A DNA stretch of 62,930 bases from Candidatus Benthicola marisminoris (GTDB taxonomy: Bacteria > Gemmatimonadota > Gemmatimonadetes > Palauibacterales > Palauibacteraceae). A program made the position numbers and the translations under genes. The stretch is from NCBI GenBank assembly GCA_023554335.1, contig JAMJQR010000033.1:1-62930 (forward strand). Reading direction: 5' to 3'. Positions 30,138 through 39,394 of the stretch are shown piece after piece (within the stretch, counting starts at the first letter, position 1; each line of letters opens with the position of its first letter). The notes beneath the pieces are model-generated. The model ran no database searches. It had not been told where the DNA came from and saw only the letters and a list, made by a program, of their open reading frames with translations.

Positions 30138-31184
30138 ATGAGACACCAACTGCGAAACCTGTTCGTCATCGGTCTGCTGGCCGCGGGGGCCAGCGCCTGC
30201 GATGACAGTCCGACGGCCCCCGGCGGGGAATCCAACACCGAGCTCGGTGTGAACGCTGACATGGAGTTGCAGGTGGTCGGCGACCCCGAACTGACCGAGG
30301 TCCTGATCGACGACATGTCGCTTTCCATGAACAGCCCCACGGACGGACCGCCGTTCGGGAACGGGCGGGAGTGCTTCCGGGACGCGCGGCAGCTCCTGCG
30401 GGAAGGCAGCGAGGATGCGGCTCGGAACCAGGCGCGGGAGTGCCGCATGCAGCTCGTTCGCGCCATGCTCGAGCGGCACGGAGAGGAAGGCCTCGAGGAG
30501 CTGTTCGGCCGGGTGGAAGGCCTGATCGAGAGGATCGGCGAAGCGGACGACGAGTTCGCCCGGAAGGACGATCTCGAAGCCCGTATGCGGGGGCTTCTCG
30601 AGGAGGCGTACGCCTATCGGAACGACGGAGACATGGTAGCGGCTGGCGAGCGCCTCGTGCTGGCCCTGATGATGGCGGACCGGATGCGGCACAGGCACCC
30701 CGAGTTCGACAGGGATCCGGCGGAAGTGGTTCGCCTCGCGATCGCCAGGGGCGTGGAGTCGATCTGGCTGGCTGACGAGTTGATCACGGATCCGACGGTT
30801 CGCCAGGAGACGATCCTGTTCCGAGCCGGCGAGCTTCTGCGGCGTGCGAGGTTCTCAGCAGAGCAGGGTTGGTACCGCCGTGCGGTGGGCCAGGCCCATC
30901 GGGCGGAGCAGCTGGGTCTGCTGGCGGTGCTCAACGGTGAGCGACCCACGGTCGAGCAGGCCCAGGAGCTGCTTGCTGTGGCCGAGGAGCTGATCGTGCT
31001 GGCAGAGGAAGCGATCGGTGACGATCCGACGGAGGTGCAGCAGAGACTGCTGGCGCATGCGATCCGACTGAAGGAGCGCGGCGCCGAGGCGATCAACACC
31101 TGGCACTGGCGGGGCGTCGGCCTCCTGTGGCGGTCCTCGGTGACCTCCGCCCTCCTTATTCCCAACCCTACGGATTCCGCCTGA
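30138..31184 (+). CDS. putative lipoprotein, predominantly alpha-helical, unknown function
   Basis: Signal peptide with a lipobox-like LLAAGASAC. GGGAGG lies 8 nt upstream of ATG 30138. The mature part is rich in Glu/Arg/Leu/Ala helical segments. No family recognised. Confidence 0.75.
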   Translation: MRHQLRNLFVIGLLAAGASACDDSPTAPGGESNTELGVNADMELQVVGDPELTEVLIDDMSLSMNSPTDGPPFGNGRECFRDARQLLREGSEDAARNQARECRMQLVRAMLERHGEEGLEELFGRVEGLIERIGEADDEFARKDDLEARMRGLLEEAYAYRNDGDMVAAGERLVLALMMADRMRHRHPEFDRDPAEVVRLAIARGVESIWLADELITDPTVRQETILFRAGELLRRARFSAEQGWYRRAVGQAHRAEQLGLLAVLNGERPTVEQAQELLAVAEELIVLAEEAIGDDPTEVQQRLLAHAIRLKERGAEAINTWHWRGVGLLWRSSVTSALLIPNPTDSA

Positions 31185-31210
31185 TCCGAAGGCGGGAAGA
31201 GCCGGAATGG

Positions 31211-31240
31211 GAAGGGGCGGCGCCATCGCGCCGCCCCTTC
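31211..31240. terminator. perfect 13-bp hairpin between convergent genes (bidirectional terminator candidate)
   Basis: gaaggggcggcgc (31211-31223), loop catc, then gcgccgccccttc (31228-31240). It lies between the lipoprotein stop (31184) and the HD-GYP stop (31292). Confidence 0.55.
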
Positions 31241-31291
31241 TTCGCATCCAGGTACTTTCGGCTGGTAACCGCGTCCCAGTCCATCCCGTCG

Positions 31292-32434
31292 TCAGGTAAT
31301 CGGAAGCTCTGCGTCCAGGAGGGCCCGCGCCACTGTGAGATCGGGTCGGGTCGCCAGGTCCAGCGTGTCCGACTCTGTGACCGGGTTCCAGTTCGCGTCC
31401 CACACGAGTTCCACTTTCGGGCGCAGAATGTTCGAGGGGTCGGTGGCCACCACGCGGCCGATCTCGCCGGAGCTGATTTGAACGTAGCTGTCCAGCGGGA
31501 ATGCCGAGATCTCGTTGACGAGCGCAGAGACGACCTGGGGTGAGAAGTACTCCTCCTGCATGCCCACGACGCGCTCCAGCGCCTCGAGCGCCGTGAAGGG
31601 CGAGCGGTAGGACCTTGGATGCGACAAGGCCTCGAAGACGTCGGCAACTCCCAGAATCCTCGCGACCGGGTCCAGGTCACGGTCGTACAGACCGTAGGGG
31701 TATCCCTGGCCGCGTGCTCTCTCGTGCTCCTGCAGCACCGCACGCTTGAGCCATTCGTTTCGTGGCGCGCACCGCTCGATGATCTCCGCTCCGAGGATCG
31801 GATGCTTCCTCAGGGCCTCGAGCTCGCGGTCGCTCCATGCCCCCCGGTTGCCGAGCAGTGTCTCTGGCAGGCGGGCCATACCGATATCGTGCACCAAGCC
31901 GGCGTGGATGACCTGTACTACGTCCTCCACGCCGGAGACCATCCCGAGCGCCAGCTTGCCGCCGATGATGGCTACGTTGACGGAGTGGCTGGCGAGATCA
32001 TAGCTGTCGTGCGGTTCGAGGCTTCGGTTGATGAGGACGTTGTCCCGCAGCAGATCGGTGTGCATGCGCTCGGCGATGACTCGTCCCCGGTCCACATCGG
32101 GGTCGCCTCCCTCGCGCACCAGGGTGAGCGTCTCCTCGACGTACTCGCGGGCCTCCGCGTACAGGGTGTTCTTCGCGAACGGCTTCGGCGTTCGGGCTCG
32201 GACCTGCCCAGGTGCTTCGGGCCGGGGGGCGGCCGGCGTCAGGGCGACCGAGTCGAGTCTGGCGATGACCAGATCATCGGCCCCGGCGACTTCCGCGACA
32301 CGCGCCGGATCCGTCGCCACGTGCACTTCGGCCGAGACGCCGTCGAGCGCCCGTTCGATCTCGAGCGCGAGCGGATCCTCCGCCAGCAGTAAGACCACTC
32401 TCCGCGCCCCAGCCTGGGCCTTGTCTTCGCTCAT
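31292..32434 (-). CDS. HD-GYP domain protein (probable c-di-GMP phosphodiesterase) with truncated receiver-like N-terminus
   Basis: HD motif HAGLVHDIGM and GYP motif GQGYPYG, with a C-terminal beta-rich extension. ATG 32434 lies 4 nt after GGAG. A GTG at 32437 is also possible. Confidence 0.88.
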   Translation of the reverse strand: MSEDKAQAGARRVVLLLAEDPLALEIERALDGVSAEVHVATDPARVAEVAGADDLVIARLDSVALTPAAPRPEAPGQVRARTPKPFAKNTLYAEAREYVEETLTLVREGGDPDVDRGRVIAERMHTDLLRDNVLINRSLEPHDSYDLASHSVNVAIIGGKLALGMVSGVEDVVQVIHAGLVHDIGMARLPETLLGNRGAWSDRELEALRKHPILGAEIIERCAPRNEWLKRAVLQEHERARGQGYPYGLYDRDLDPVARILGVADVFEALSHPRSYRSPFTALEALERVVGMQEEYFSPQVVSALVNEISAFPLDSYVQISSGEIGRVVATDPSNILRPKVELVWDANWNPVTESDTLDLATRPDLTVARALLDAELPIT

Positions 32435-32553
32435 CACGCTCCATCCAGCGTTCGTAGCCGCGTGTCAGGTCTGCGTGCATGATGCACGCGCCCACGGCCG
32501 AATCGTGCAAGTTCCGGGCTCGCGCTCGGCTTCGCAATTGCACATGTTTCCGC

Positions 32554-32931
32554 ATGTACAGGAAATACCTGCTGATCGGGGCGATTCTGGCGGGAACAGG
32601 AGTCGCTTCCGGCGCTTTCGGGGCTCATGCCCTGGAGACCCGGCTCACACCTGACCTGCTTGCGGTTTACGAGACGGGCGTGCGTTACGGGCTTATGCAT
32701 GCGCTGGCGATCCTGATCGCCGCACTGGCGTGTGAGCGGTGGCCTGCGGCGGGCTGGGGCAGGGCGGTCTGGTCGTTCGTCCTCGGGATCGCTCTGTTTT
32801 CGGGAAGTCTGGTCGCGCTCGCGTTGACGGGTCTCCGGGTCCTGGGTGCCGTAACGCCGCTCGGCGGCATCTGCTTCCTCGTCGGCTGGGGCTTCACAGC
32901 CCGGGCGGCGGTGCGCAGCGGTTCCAACTAG
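32554..32931 (+). CDS. DUF423 (YgdD/TMEM256-like) membrane protein
   Basis: 125 aa, four hydrophobic segments and the GAFGAH motif. Start set at ATG 32554 (MYRKYLLIGAIL...). Confidence 0.82.
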   Translation: MYRKYLLIGAILAGTGVASGAFGAHALETRLTPDLLAVYETGVRYGLMHALAILIAALACERWPAAGWGRAVWSFVLGIALFSGSLVALALTGLRVLGAVTPLGGICFLVGWGFTARAAVRSGSN

Positions 32932-32942
32932 GTGCCGGGGCA

Positions 32943-33494
32943 TCACAAGCGGGGCGGTGTCACGCCGGTCTGGCCCTGGTACTTTCCTTTCTTGTCCGCG
33001 TAGCTCGTCTCGCACTCCTCGTCCGACTCGAAGAACAGCACCTGGGCGATTCCCTCGTTCGCGTAGATCCGCGCGGGCAAGGGTGTCGTGTTGCTGATCT
33101 CGAGCGTGACGTGTCCTTCCCATTCGGGCTCGAACGGCGTCACGTTCGTGATGATCCCGCACCGGGCGTAGGTGCTCTTGCCCACGCAAATGGTGAGCAC
33201 GTTCCTCGGGATTCTGAAGTATTCCACGGACCGTGCGAGGGCGAAGGAATTCGGCGGTACGATGCAGACGTCGCCCTGGAACTCGATGAAGGAGCGTTCG
33301 TCGAAATGCTTCGGGTCGACCACCGGCGCCAGCGCGTTGTGGAAGATCCTGAACTCGTCCGAAACTCGCATGTCATATCCGTAGCTGGAGAGCCCGTACG
33401 AGATCACGCCTTCCCGGACCTGCTCCTCCGTGAACGGTTCGATCATGCCCCGATCCAGTGCCATGCTTCGGATCCAACGGTCGCTCTTGATCAT
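32943..33494 (-). CDS. dcd: dCTP deaminase
   Basis: 183 aa. [10 protein letters not shown]-terminus, SYGYD and [11 protein letters not shown] segments typical of Dcd. Confidence 0.92.
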   Translation of the reverse strand: MIKSDRWIRSMALDRGMIEPFTEEQVREGVISYGLSSYGYDMRVSDEFRIFHNALAPVVDPKHFDERSFIEFQGDVCIVPPNSFALARSVEYFRIPRNVLTICVGKSTYARCGIITNVTPFEPEWEGHVTLEISNTTPLPARIYANEGIAQVLFFESDEECETSYADKKGKYQGQTGVTPPRL

Positions 33495-34357
33495 CCTCTG
33501 TCTACCTCAGTCGTTTCCGATTCTGTTCTCGCCAGTAGCTCGCGAAGGAACGCGGCTATCGCCTCGGGCCGCTCTTCCGGAGCGGAGTGGCCGCAACCGT
33601 CCAGGATCGTGAAGGTGCCCCCCAGGCACCCCGCCCACCTCCGGGCATCGTCGAGCTGTACGCGCCGATCCTGCCGTCCCGCCACCACGCGGACCCTGCC
33701 CACGGCGATTCCGCTGAATGCCGCGAGCTCCGCTGGATCCCACTGCTTCAGCAGCTCGGGGAGGGTCCGCGCCCTGTCGACATCGGCCCAGGGCTCGGCG
33801 TATGCAGCCGTCAGGCCTTGGGGCATCGAGCGGGACTCCGCGAAGACTCGCCGCACGAGCATATAGCGCGTGAGCGGCGTGCGGAAGAGCCGAAACAGGG
33901 GGGGCAGCAAATGCTGAACCCCGGGAAGCTTGAGGACGGAGAGAAGCCCGGGTCTGCTCAGCCACGGCGTCACAGGGTTCGCGAGCAAAAGACCCCTCGC
34001 CTCGCTGCCGGCGGCGAGCGCGACAGCGATCGCGGCACCGTGGGAGTGGCCAGCGATCACGGGCCGCCGAATCTCGAGTGCCTCGAGGACGTGCCGCGTG
34101 CGCTCGGCCTCGGTCGCCAGATCGTATGCGGCGTTCGGCGCCGGAGACGAGCTGCCCCGTCCCAGGAGGTCGACGAGCAGCAGGCGGTGCCGCCGCTCGA
34201 GGCGGCGAGCAACCGGCTCCCACGTGGCCCGGTGGGCCGTCAGTCCGTGCAGGCACACCACTGCGGTTCCGGCGTCGGCCGGGCCCCGCAGCTCCACGGC
34301 GACCGTGCCGTCCGGGACCTGCACGTGGACTACCTCTTGTCCCGGAACGCCTTCCAT
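33491..34357 (-). CDS. alpha/beta-fold hydrolase
   Basis: Oxyanion HGL segment ([10 protein letters not shown]), nucleophile elbow GHSHGA, and a C-terminal GCGH segment supplying the likely catalytic His. ATGA overlap with dcd. Confidence 0.82.
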   Translation of the reverse strand: MEGVPGQEVVHVQVPDGTVAVELRGPADAGTAVVCLHGLTAHRATWEPVARRLERRHRLLLVDLLGRGSSSPAPNAAYDLATEAERTRHVLEALEIRRPVIAGHSHGAAIAVALAAGSEARGLLLANPVTPWLSRPGLLSVLKLPGVQHLLPPLFRLFRTPLTRYMLVRRVFAESRSMPQGLTAAYAEPWADVDRARTLPELLKQWDPAELAAFSGIAVGRVRVVAGRQDRRVQLDDARRWAGCLGGTFTILDGCGHSAPEERPEAIAAFLRELLARTESETTEVDRG

Positions 34358-34459
34358 GCTCTCTTGGTGACCTCGGGCTCAGCGTACCACTCGCTCAATC
34401 TGCCGAAAAGCTTGATTTGACAGCAGAATAGCGGGTTCGCGCTGGCCCCGCTCGCGCGC

Positions 34460-34489
34460 TTGACGCTTCGTTGCGCGGCGAGCTATGTT
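34460..34489 (+). promoter_or_regulatory. sigma70-like promoter candidate upstream of nuoA (TTGACG-N18-TATGTT)
   Basis: TTGACG at 34460-34465 and TATGTT at 34484-34489, in the 175-nt divergent gap before the nuo operon. Consistent with nuoA starting at 34533. Lineage consensus unknown. Confidence 0.25.
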
Positions 34490-34532
34490 CGGCTCGATTC
34501 GTGAACAAATTCACAAGCGGCCTGGACGGGAG

Positions 34533-34889
34533 ATGACACAGGCATACGTCGGCGTCGTCGTTCTTTTCGCGGTCGGACTGCTCACCGCGGGCATGTTCCT
34601 CCTGCTCTCCCATCTCGCCAGCGCGTACCGCCCGACGACCGTCAAGGCGATGCCCTACGAGTCGGGAATCGATCCCCTCGGCGACACGCGTGAGCGGTAC
34701 TCCGTCAAGTTCTACATCGTCGCGATGCTGTTCATCGTGTTCGACATCGAGACCATATTCTTCTTGCCGTGGGCCGTGATCTTCCGAGACCTCGGCCTGT
34801 TCGGTTTGATCGAGATGTTCATCTTCATGTTCGTCCTCGCGATCGGGCTTGCCTACGCGTGGAAGAAGGGTGCGCTGGAGTGGGACTGA
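34533..34889 (+). CDS. nuoA: NADH-quinone oxidoreductase subunit A
   Basis: 118 aa from MTQAYVGVVVLF..., with PYESGIDP and FDIETIFFLPWA motifs. Length and N-terminus match short NuoA/Nqo7 proteins. The alternative ATG 34485 would add 16 aa. Confidence 0.9.
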   Translation: MTQAYVGVVVLFAVGLLTAGMFLLLSHLASAYRPTTVKAMPYESGIDPLGDTRERYSVKFYIVAMLFIVFDIETIFFLPWAVIFRDLGLFGLIEMFIFMFVLAIGLAYAWKKGALEWD

Positions 34890-34892
34890 CGA

Positions 34893-35594
34893 ATGGCCGA
34901 TGAACGAAGGACGCTTCCGACGGTAGTGCCTCGGGGACCGGAGCTGGATACAGGAGCCCCGGCCTCGTGGTTGACCACTACGGTCGACGCCGTGGTCAAC
35001 TGGTCACGCCGGAATTCCCTCTGGCCGATGCCCCTCGGCACGGCGTGCTGTGCGATCGAGATGATGGCATCCGCCGGCTCCAAGTACGACATAGCGAGAT
35101 TCGGTGCGGAGCGCTTTTCGTTCAGTCCGCGCCAGGCGGATCTGATGATCGTCGCCGGCCGCGTTACCTACAAGATGGCGCCTATACTGAGACGAATCTG
35201 GGACCAGATGCCCCAGCCGAAGTGGTGCATTTCCATGGGTGCATGCGCCAGCTCTGGGGGGATGTTCGACAACTACACGATCGTGCAGGGCATCGATCAG
35301 ATCGTGCCGGTCGATGTCTACGTGCCAGGCTGTCCGCCTCGCCCCGAGAGCCTCCTGTACGCCCTCATGATGGTGCAGGAGAAGATCAAGGGAGAGTCGC
35401 TGCGAAACCCGGTCCACCGCGAAGAGAGCCCCCATTCCGTTGGTGAGCCGAACCTGCCTGCGGAGGCGATCGAACTCGTGGCGCAGCCCTTCGGCAACTC
35501 GACACGTCAGAACCGCATCAGCGGGGTCGAGGGCACGTCCGCTGTCTCGAGGCCCCGAGATCGTCGCGAACGCCTCCTGGAACACCAGGACTGA
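34893..35594 (+). CDS. nuoB: NADH-quinone oxidoreductase subunit B (with ~60-aa C-terminal extension)
   Basis: N2-cluster ligand motifs CCAIEMM and GCPPRPE. Confidence 0.95.
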   Translation: MADERRTLPTVVPRGPELDTGAPASWLTTTVDAVVNWSRRNSLWPMPLGTACCAIEMMASAGSKYDIARFGAERFSFSPRQADLMIVAGRVTYKMAPILRRIWDQMPQPKWCISMGACASSGGMFDNYTIVQGIDQIVPVDVYVPGCPPRPESLLYALMMVQEKIKGESLRNPVHREESPHSVGEPNLPAEAIELVAQPFGNSTRQNRISGVEGTSAVSRPRDRRERLLEHQD

Positions 35595-35597
35595 GCC

Positions 35598-37427
35598 ATG
35601 TCTTCAACTGCAGTGGGGTCGGTACCGGAGCTGGTGCTCGGATCGCCGGCGGGCACCGATCCGGAAGAGCACGAGACGGTCAAGGCGCTCCGCTCCCTGT
35701 TTGGCGGTGCCGTTGGATCGGTTCAGGTGGATGCGGTCGGCACCCCGGTCGTGTCCGCACGGCCGGAGAAGCTGCATGAGATTCTCGTATTCCTGAAGTC
35801 CGACGCTGATCAGGCCTTCGACCTCCTGCTTGACGTCATGGGGGCCGATCTCGGAGGCGGCACGTCCATACACGTGTGGTACCAGCTGTGGTCCACGGTC
35901 CACGGTCGAATGCTGCGCGTTCTGGCCGAGCTCCCGCGGTCTGACCTGTCCGTTGCGAGCTGCACGGACATCTGGACGGCCGCCGACTGGCTCGAACGCG
36001 AGGTCTACGACATGTACGGCGTCGACTTCGAGGGGCACCCGGACCTCCGTCGCATCCTCATGCCGGAGAACTACGACGAGGGATTCCCGCTCCGGAAAGA
36101 CTTCCCGCTGCGTGGGCGCTTCACGCGATCGGAGCAGGTGCGCCGTGCGCTGAATCGTTCCACAGAGGACGTGTACGCTCGCGAAGAGCTGGCTCTGGCA
36201 GGCCTGCTGGAGATGGAGTCCGGCGCCGCGGACGATGAGGCGGAGGACCAGGACCACCTTGAGGGCGAGAAGATGGTGGTCAACATGGGACCGCAGCATC
36301 CGGCCACGCACGGGGTGCTGCGCCTCGTCCTCCAGTTGGACGGCGAAACCGTCGTTCGCTGCATACCTCACATCGGCTACCTGCATACCGGTTTCGAGAA
36401 GACGTGCGAGTATCGGGAGTGGAATCAGGTCATTCCGTACACGGATCGGATGGACTACCTGGCGCCGATGATCTACAACATCGGCTATGCGCTCGCAGTG
36501 GAGAGCCTCCTGGGTGTGGAGATCACGCCCCGCTGCCGAGAGGTCCGCCTGATCCTGAGTGAGTTGAACCGGGTTCTCGGACACCTCCTGTGGCTCGGTA
36601 CCGGTGCGATGGATGTCGGCGCCACGACCGTCTTCCTGTATACCTTCCAGGAGCGCGAGCGCATCTACAACCTGCATGAAGCCTACTGTGGAGGGCGGAT
36701 CACGACCTCTGTCACTAGGGTGGGTGGGATGGTCGCAGATCTGCCCGTGGGATGGCTCGAGGCATGCCGCGAATTCGTGGATCGGCTGCCCGCCACGCTC
36801 GACGAGTGCGAGCGCCTGATCACGAAGAACTCGATATTCCAGGCGCGCCTGGTCGACGTGGGTGTCATTGGTGCCGAGCAAGCCCTCGACCTGGGGCTGA
36901 CCGGCCCAAACCTGCGGGGCAGCGGCATCGCGTACGACGTCCGCAAGGCGAGACCCTACCTGGGGTACGACGAGTACGACTTCGACGTTCCCGTCGGTGT
37001 CGTCGGGGATGCGTACGATCGCTACCTGGTCCGCATGGAGGAAATGCGCCAGAGCATCAGGATCCTGCAGCAGGCCCTGGACCGGATTCCGGGCGGCCCG
37101 ATCAACGTCCAGGATTCCTCCGTCATCCTGCCGGACAAGAGCGAGGCGATGTCGTCGATCGACGCAATGATCGCTCACTTCAAGCTCGTGATGGAAGGCC
37201 TGCAGGTCCCGGCAGGGGATGTCTGGTACTCTGTGGAAGCGACGAAGGGCGAGCTGGGTTTCGGTCTGATCTCGGATGGGGGTTCGAAGCCGGTGCGCTG
37301 CAGGTTCCGAGGGCCCTCGTTCGTCAACCTGGCCGCGTTGCCGCTCCTGGTAGAAGGCGGACTCGTGTCGGACGTGATCGCAGCGAATGCGTCGATCGAC
37401 ATCGTCCTGGGTGAGATCGACAGATGA
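35598..37427 (+). CDS. nuoCD: NADH-quinone oxidoreductase fused subunit C/D
   Basis: 609 aa. The N-terminal ~200 aa are NuoC-like (ERE(V)YDMYGV, FPLRKDFPL). After an acidic linker comes NuoD (MGPQHPATHGVLRL to C-terminal VLGEIDR). Confidence 0.95.
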   Translation: MSSTAVGSVPELVLGSPAGTDPEEHETVKALRSLFGGAVGSVQVDAVGTPVVSARPEKLHEILVFLKSDADQAFDLLLDVMGADLGGGTSIHVWYQLWSTVHGRMLRVLAELPRSDLSVASCTDIWTAADWLEREVYDMYGVDFEGHPDLRRILMPENYDEGFPLRKDFPLRGRFTRSEQVRRALNRSTEDVYAREELALAGLLEMESGAADDEAEDQDHLEGEKMVVNMGPQHPATHGVLRLVLQLDGETVVRCIPHIGYLHTGFEKTCEYREWNQVIPYTDRMDYLAPMIYNIGYALAVESLLGVEITPRCREVRLILSELNRVLGHLLWLGTGAMDVGATTVFLYTFQERERIYNLHEAYCGGRITTSVTRVGGMVADLPVGWLEACREFVDRLPATLDECERLITKNSIFQARLVDVGVIGAEQALDLGLTGPNLRGSGIAYDVRKARPYLGYDEYDFDVPVGVVGDAYDRYLVRMEEMRQSIRILQQALDRIPGGPINVQDSSVILPDKSEAMSSIDAMIAHFKLVMEGLQVPAGDVWYSVEATKGELGFGLISDGGSKPVRCRFRGPSFVNLAALPLLVEGGLVSDVIAANASIDIVLGEIDR

Positions 37428-37520
37428 CCTGCTCAGGAAGATTGCCGACTGGCCTTCACTCTTTGCCGCAGGCAAAGCATGCGTCGATCGACATCGGCCG
37501 GGGCGAGATCGACAGATGAC
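37387..37520 (+). repeat. direct repeat: last 42 nt of nuoCD (37387-37428) duplicated at 37479-37520
   Basis: Identical 18-nt and 16-nt blocks flank an 8-nt patch with 3 substitutions. The 50-nt lower-GC core between the copies contains the hairpin ctttgcc-gca-ggcaaag (37461-37477). Confidence 0.85.
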
Positions 37521-37535
37521 TGACAACGGAGATCA

Positions 37536-38078
37536 ATGAACAAGCCTATGCATCCCGCGGCGGCCAGTGCGCAGGCCTTTCAGGTAGCGGACCTCAGGCC
37601 CACCGAGCGTCTCTTCGAGGACGAGGAGGGTAGAGACCGACTTGAAAAGGCGGTCAGCCGCTACCCGGATCGCCGGGCGGCCCTCCTTCCGATGCTCGGT
37701 TATGCCCAGGAGCGGAACGGCTGGGTGTCGGACGAGAACATGGCCGAGATCGCGGAGGCTCTTGATCTCACACCGGCCTACGTCCGGTCGGTGGCGACCT
37801 TCTACACGATGTACAATAAGCACCCCGTCGGCCGTCATCTCATCCAGGTCTGTACTTGCATATCGTGCCACCTGCACGAGGCGGACGAGGTCTTTGAGCG
37901 ATTCCTCACGGAGACCGGGACACGGGCCGGTGAGGTGTCAGAGGACGGTCGCTACACGGTCATCGAGGCCGAGTGTCTTGGCGCGTGTGGCTTCGCAACG
38001 GCGGTTCAGGTCAACGACCGCTATTTCGAGAACGTGACGTCGGACCAGGTTCCGGCGATCCTGGACGAACTGGACTAG
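37536..38078 (+). CDS. nuoE: NADH-quinone oxidoreductase subunit E
   Basis: 2Fe-2S ligands in VCTCISCHL and CLGACGFATAVQVN. GGAG lies 4 nt upstream. Confidence 0.95.
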   Translation: MNKPMHPAAASAQAFQVADLRPTERLFEDEEGRDRLEKAVSRYPDRRAALLPMLGYAQERNGWVSDENMAEIAEALDLTPAYVRSVATFYTMYNKHPVGRHLIQVCTCISCHLHEADEVFERFLTETGTRAGEVSEDGRYTVIEAECLGACGFATAVQVNDRYFENVTSDQVPAILDELD

Positions 38079-38091
38079 GCGGGCGACACCG

Positions 38092-39363
38092 ATGGGGTAC
38101 CCGTACAGCCATGATCTGGAAGTCGATTCCGGGCTCTCTCGTCATTTCGGGGATGAGAGCGCCCGCACCCTGAGCGGCTGGAAAAAGCTCGGCGGGTACG
38201 CGACTCTTCCGACCGCACTCGAGATGGACCCCGACGCGATCACCGAGGTGGTGAAGGAATCGGGACTGAGGGGGCGTGGGGGAGCCGGGTTCCCGACGGG
38301 TGTGAAGTGGAGCTTCATGCCCAAGGAGGCCTCGGGTCCCCACTACCTGTGCTGTAACGCGGATGAGAGCGAACCCGGCGCGTTCAAGGATCGCGAAATC
38401 CTGCGTTGGGTCCCGCACCTGCTGATCGAGGGTTGTCTGATCGCGGCTCGCGCGATTCGGGCCGAGCACGTCTACATCTACGTCCGGGGTGAGTACTTCC
38501 CGTATACCGCCATCCTGCGGGACGCCGTTGTAGAGGCGTACGAGGGTGGCTACGCCGGGGAGAACATCCTCGGTAGCGGGTGGAGCTGCGACGTCACCGT
38601 GCACCTGGGGGCGGGGGCCTACATCGCCGGCGAAGAAACGGGTTTGATGAGTTCTCTCATGGGCGGCCGCGCCGAGCCCTGGATCAAGCCTCCCTTCCCG
38701 GCCCAGTCAGGTGCTTTCGGTCGGCCGACCACCGTGAACAACGTCGAGACGCTGGCTGCGGTGCCCATGATCGTAGCCGAGGGAGCGGCCTGGTACCGCC
38801 AGTGGGGGACCGAGAAGAGCCCCGGAACGAAGTTGTGGTGTTGCTCGGGGCACCTGGTGCGCCCGGGTACCTACGAGCTCGCATTGGGGACCAAGCTCAG
38901 CGACGTCATCTACGAGGTGTGCGGCGGCGCCCCCGATGGCAAGCAGATCAAGGCGGTCATTCCAGGCGGATCTTCGACCGCCATGCTGACGGCGGATGAG
39001 CTCGATTGCTCCGGCTGCTACGAGGGACTGGCCGAAGCGGGCAGTGCGCTCGGCACGGCCTCGCCCATCGTCATGAACGAGGACACGAACATCGTGCGCG
39101 CGATGCGCAGGATCGCCGAGTTCTACGCTCACGAGAGCTGCGGTCAGTGCGTTCAGTGCAGGGAAGGCACGTCGTGGACGGCCAAGATCCTGCACCGCAT
39201 CGAGGATGGAGACGGCACTCTCGCCGATATCGACACGCTGTATCACCTGTGCGAGCAGATGACCGGGCGGACCATCTGTCCGCTGGCCGACAGCGTGGTG
39301 TTCCCGCTGCAGTCTTCGCTGGACAAGTTCAGACACGAATACGAGGCGCTGATCGGGCGCTGA
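38092..39363 (+). CDS. nuoF: NADH-quinone oxidoreductase subunit F
   Basis: FMN/NADH site GRGGAGFPTGVKW and 4Fe-4S motif ESCGQCVQCREG. Confidence 0.96.
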   Translation: MGYPYSHDLEVDSGLSRHFGDESARTLSGWKKLGGYATLPTALEMDPDAITEVVKESGLRGRGGAGFPTGVKWSFMPKEASGPHYLCCNADESEPGAFKDREILRWVPHLLIEGCLIAARAIRAEHVYIYVRGEYFPYTAILRDAVVEAYEGGYAGENILGSGWSCDVTVHLGAGAYIAGEETGLMSSLMGGRAEPWIKPPFPAQSGAFGRPTTVNNVETLAAVPMIVAEGAAWYRQWGTEKSPGTKLWCCSGHLVRPGTYELALGTKLSDVIYEVCGGAPDGKQIKAVIPGGSSTAMLTADELDCSGCYEGLAEAGSALGTASPIVMNEDTNIVRAMRRIAEFYAHESCGQCVQCREGTSWTAKILHRIEDGDGTLADIDTLYHLCEQMTGRTICPLADSVVFPLQSSLDKFRHEYEALIGR

Positions 39364-39394
39364 GACTCGAGCCATATCGAGGGATCAACGACGG

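Noticed and set aside
34485-34532. Upstream ATG 34485 as the nuoA start (134-aa version)
   Set aside because: The 16 extra residues (MFGSIREQIHKRPGRE) are hydrophilic and absent from short NuoA/Nqo7 proteins, which align from MTQAYVG. ATG 34485 also falls inside the candidate -10 element. It is kept as an alternative only.
35604-37526. 640-aa minus-strand ORF opposite nuoCD. Similar long antisense ORFs lie at 40948-42507 (opposite nuoH), 9759-11177 (opposite coaBC), 46923-48170 and 43831-44547.
   Set aside because: All lie antisense to strongly conserved genes. They have low-complexity Arg/His/Asp/Pro-rich translations and no start or SD context. They are GC-rich shadow frames.
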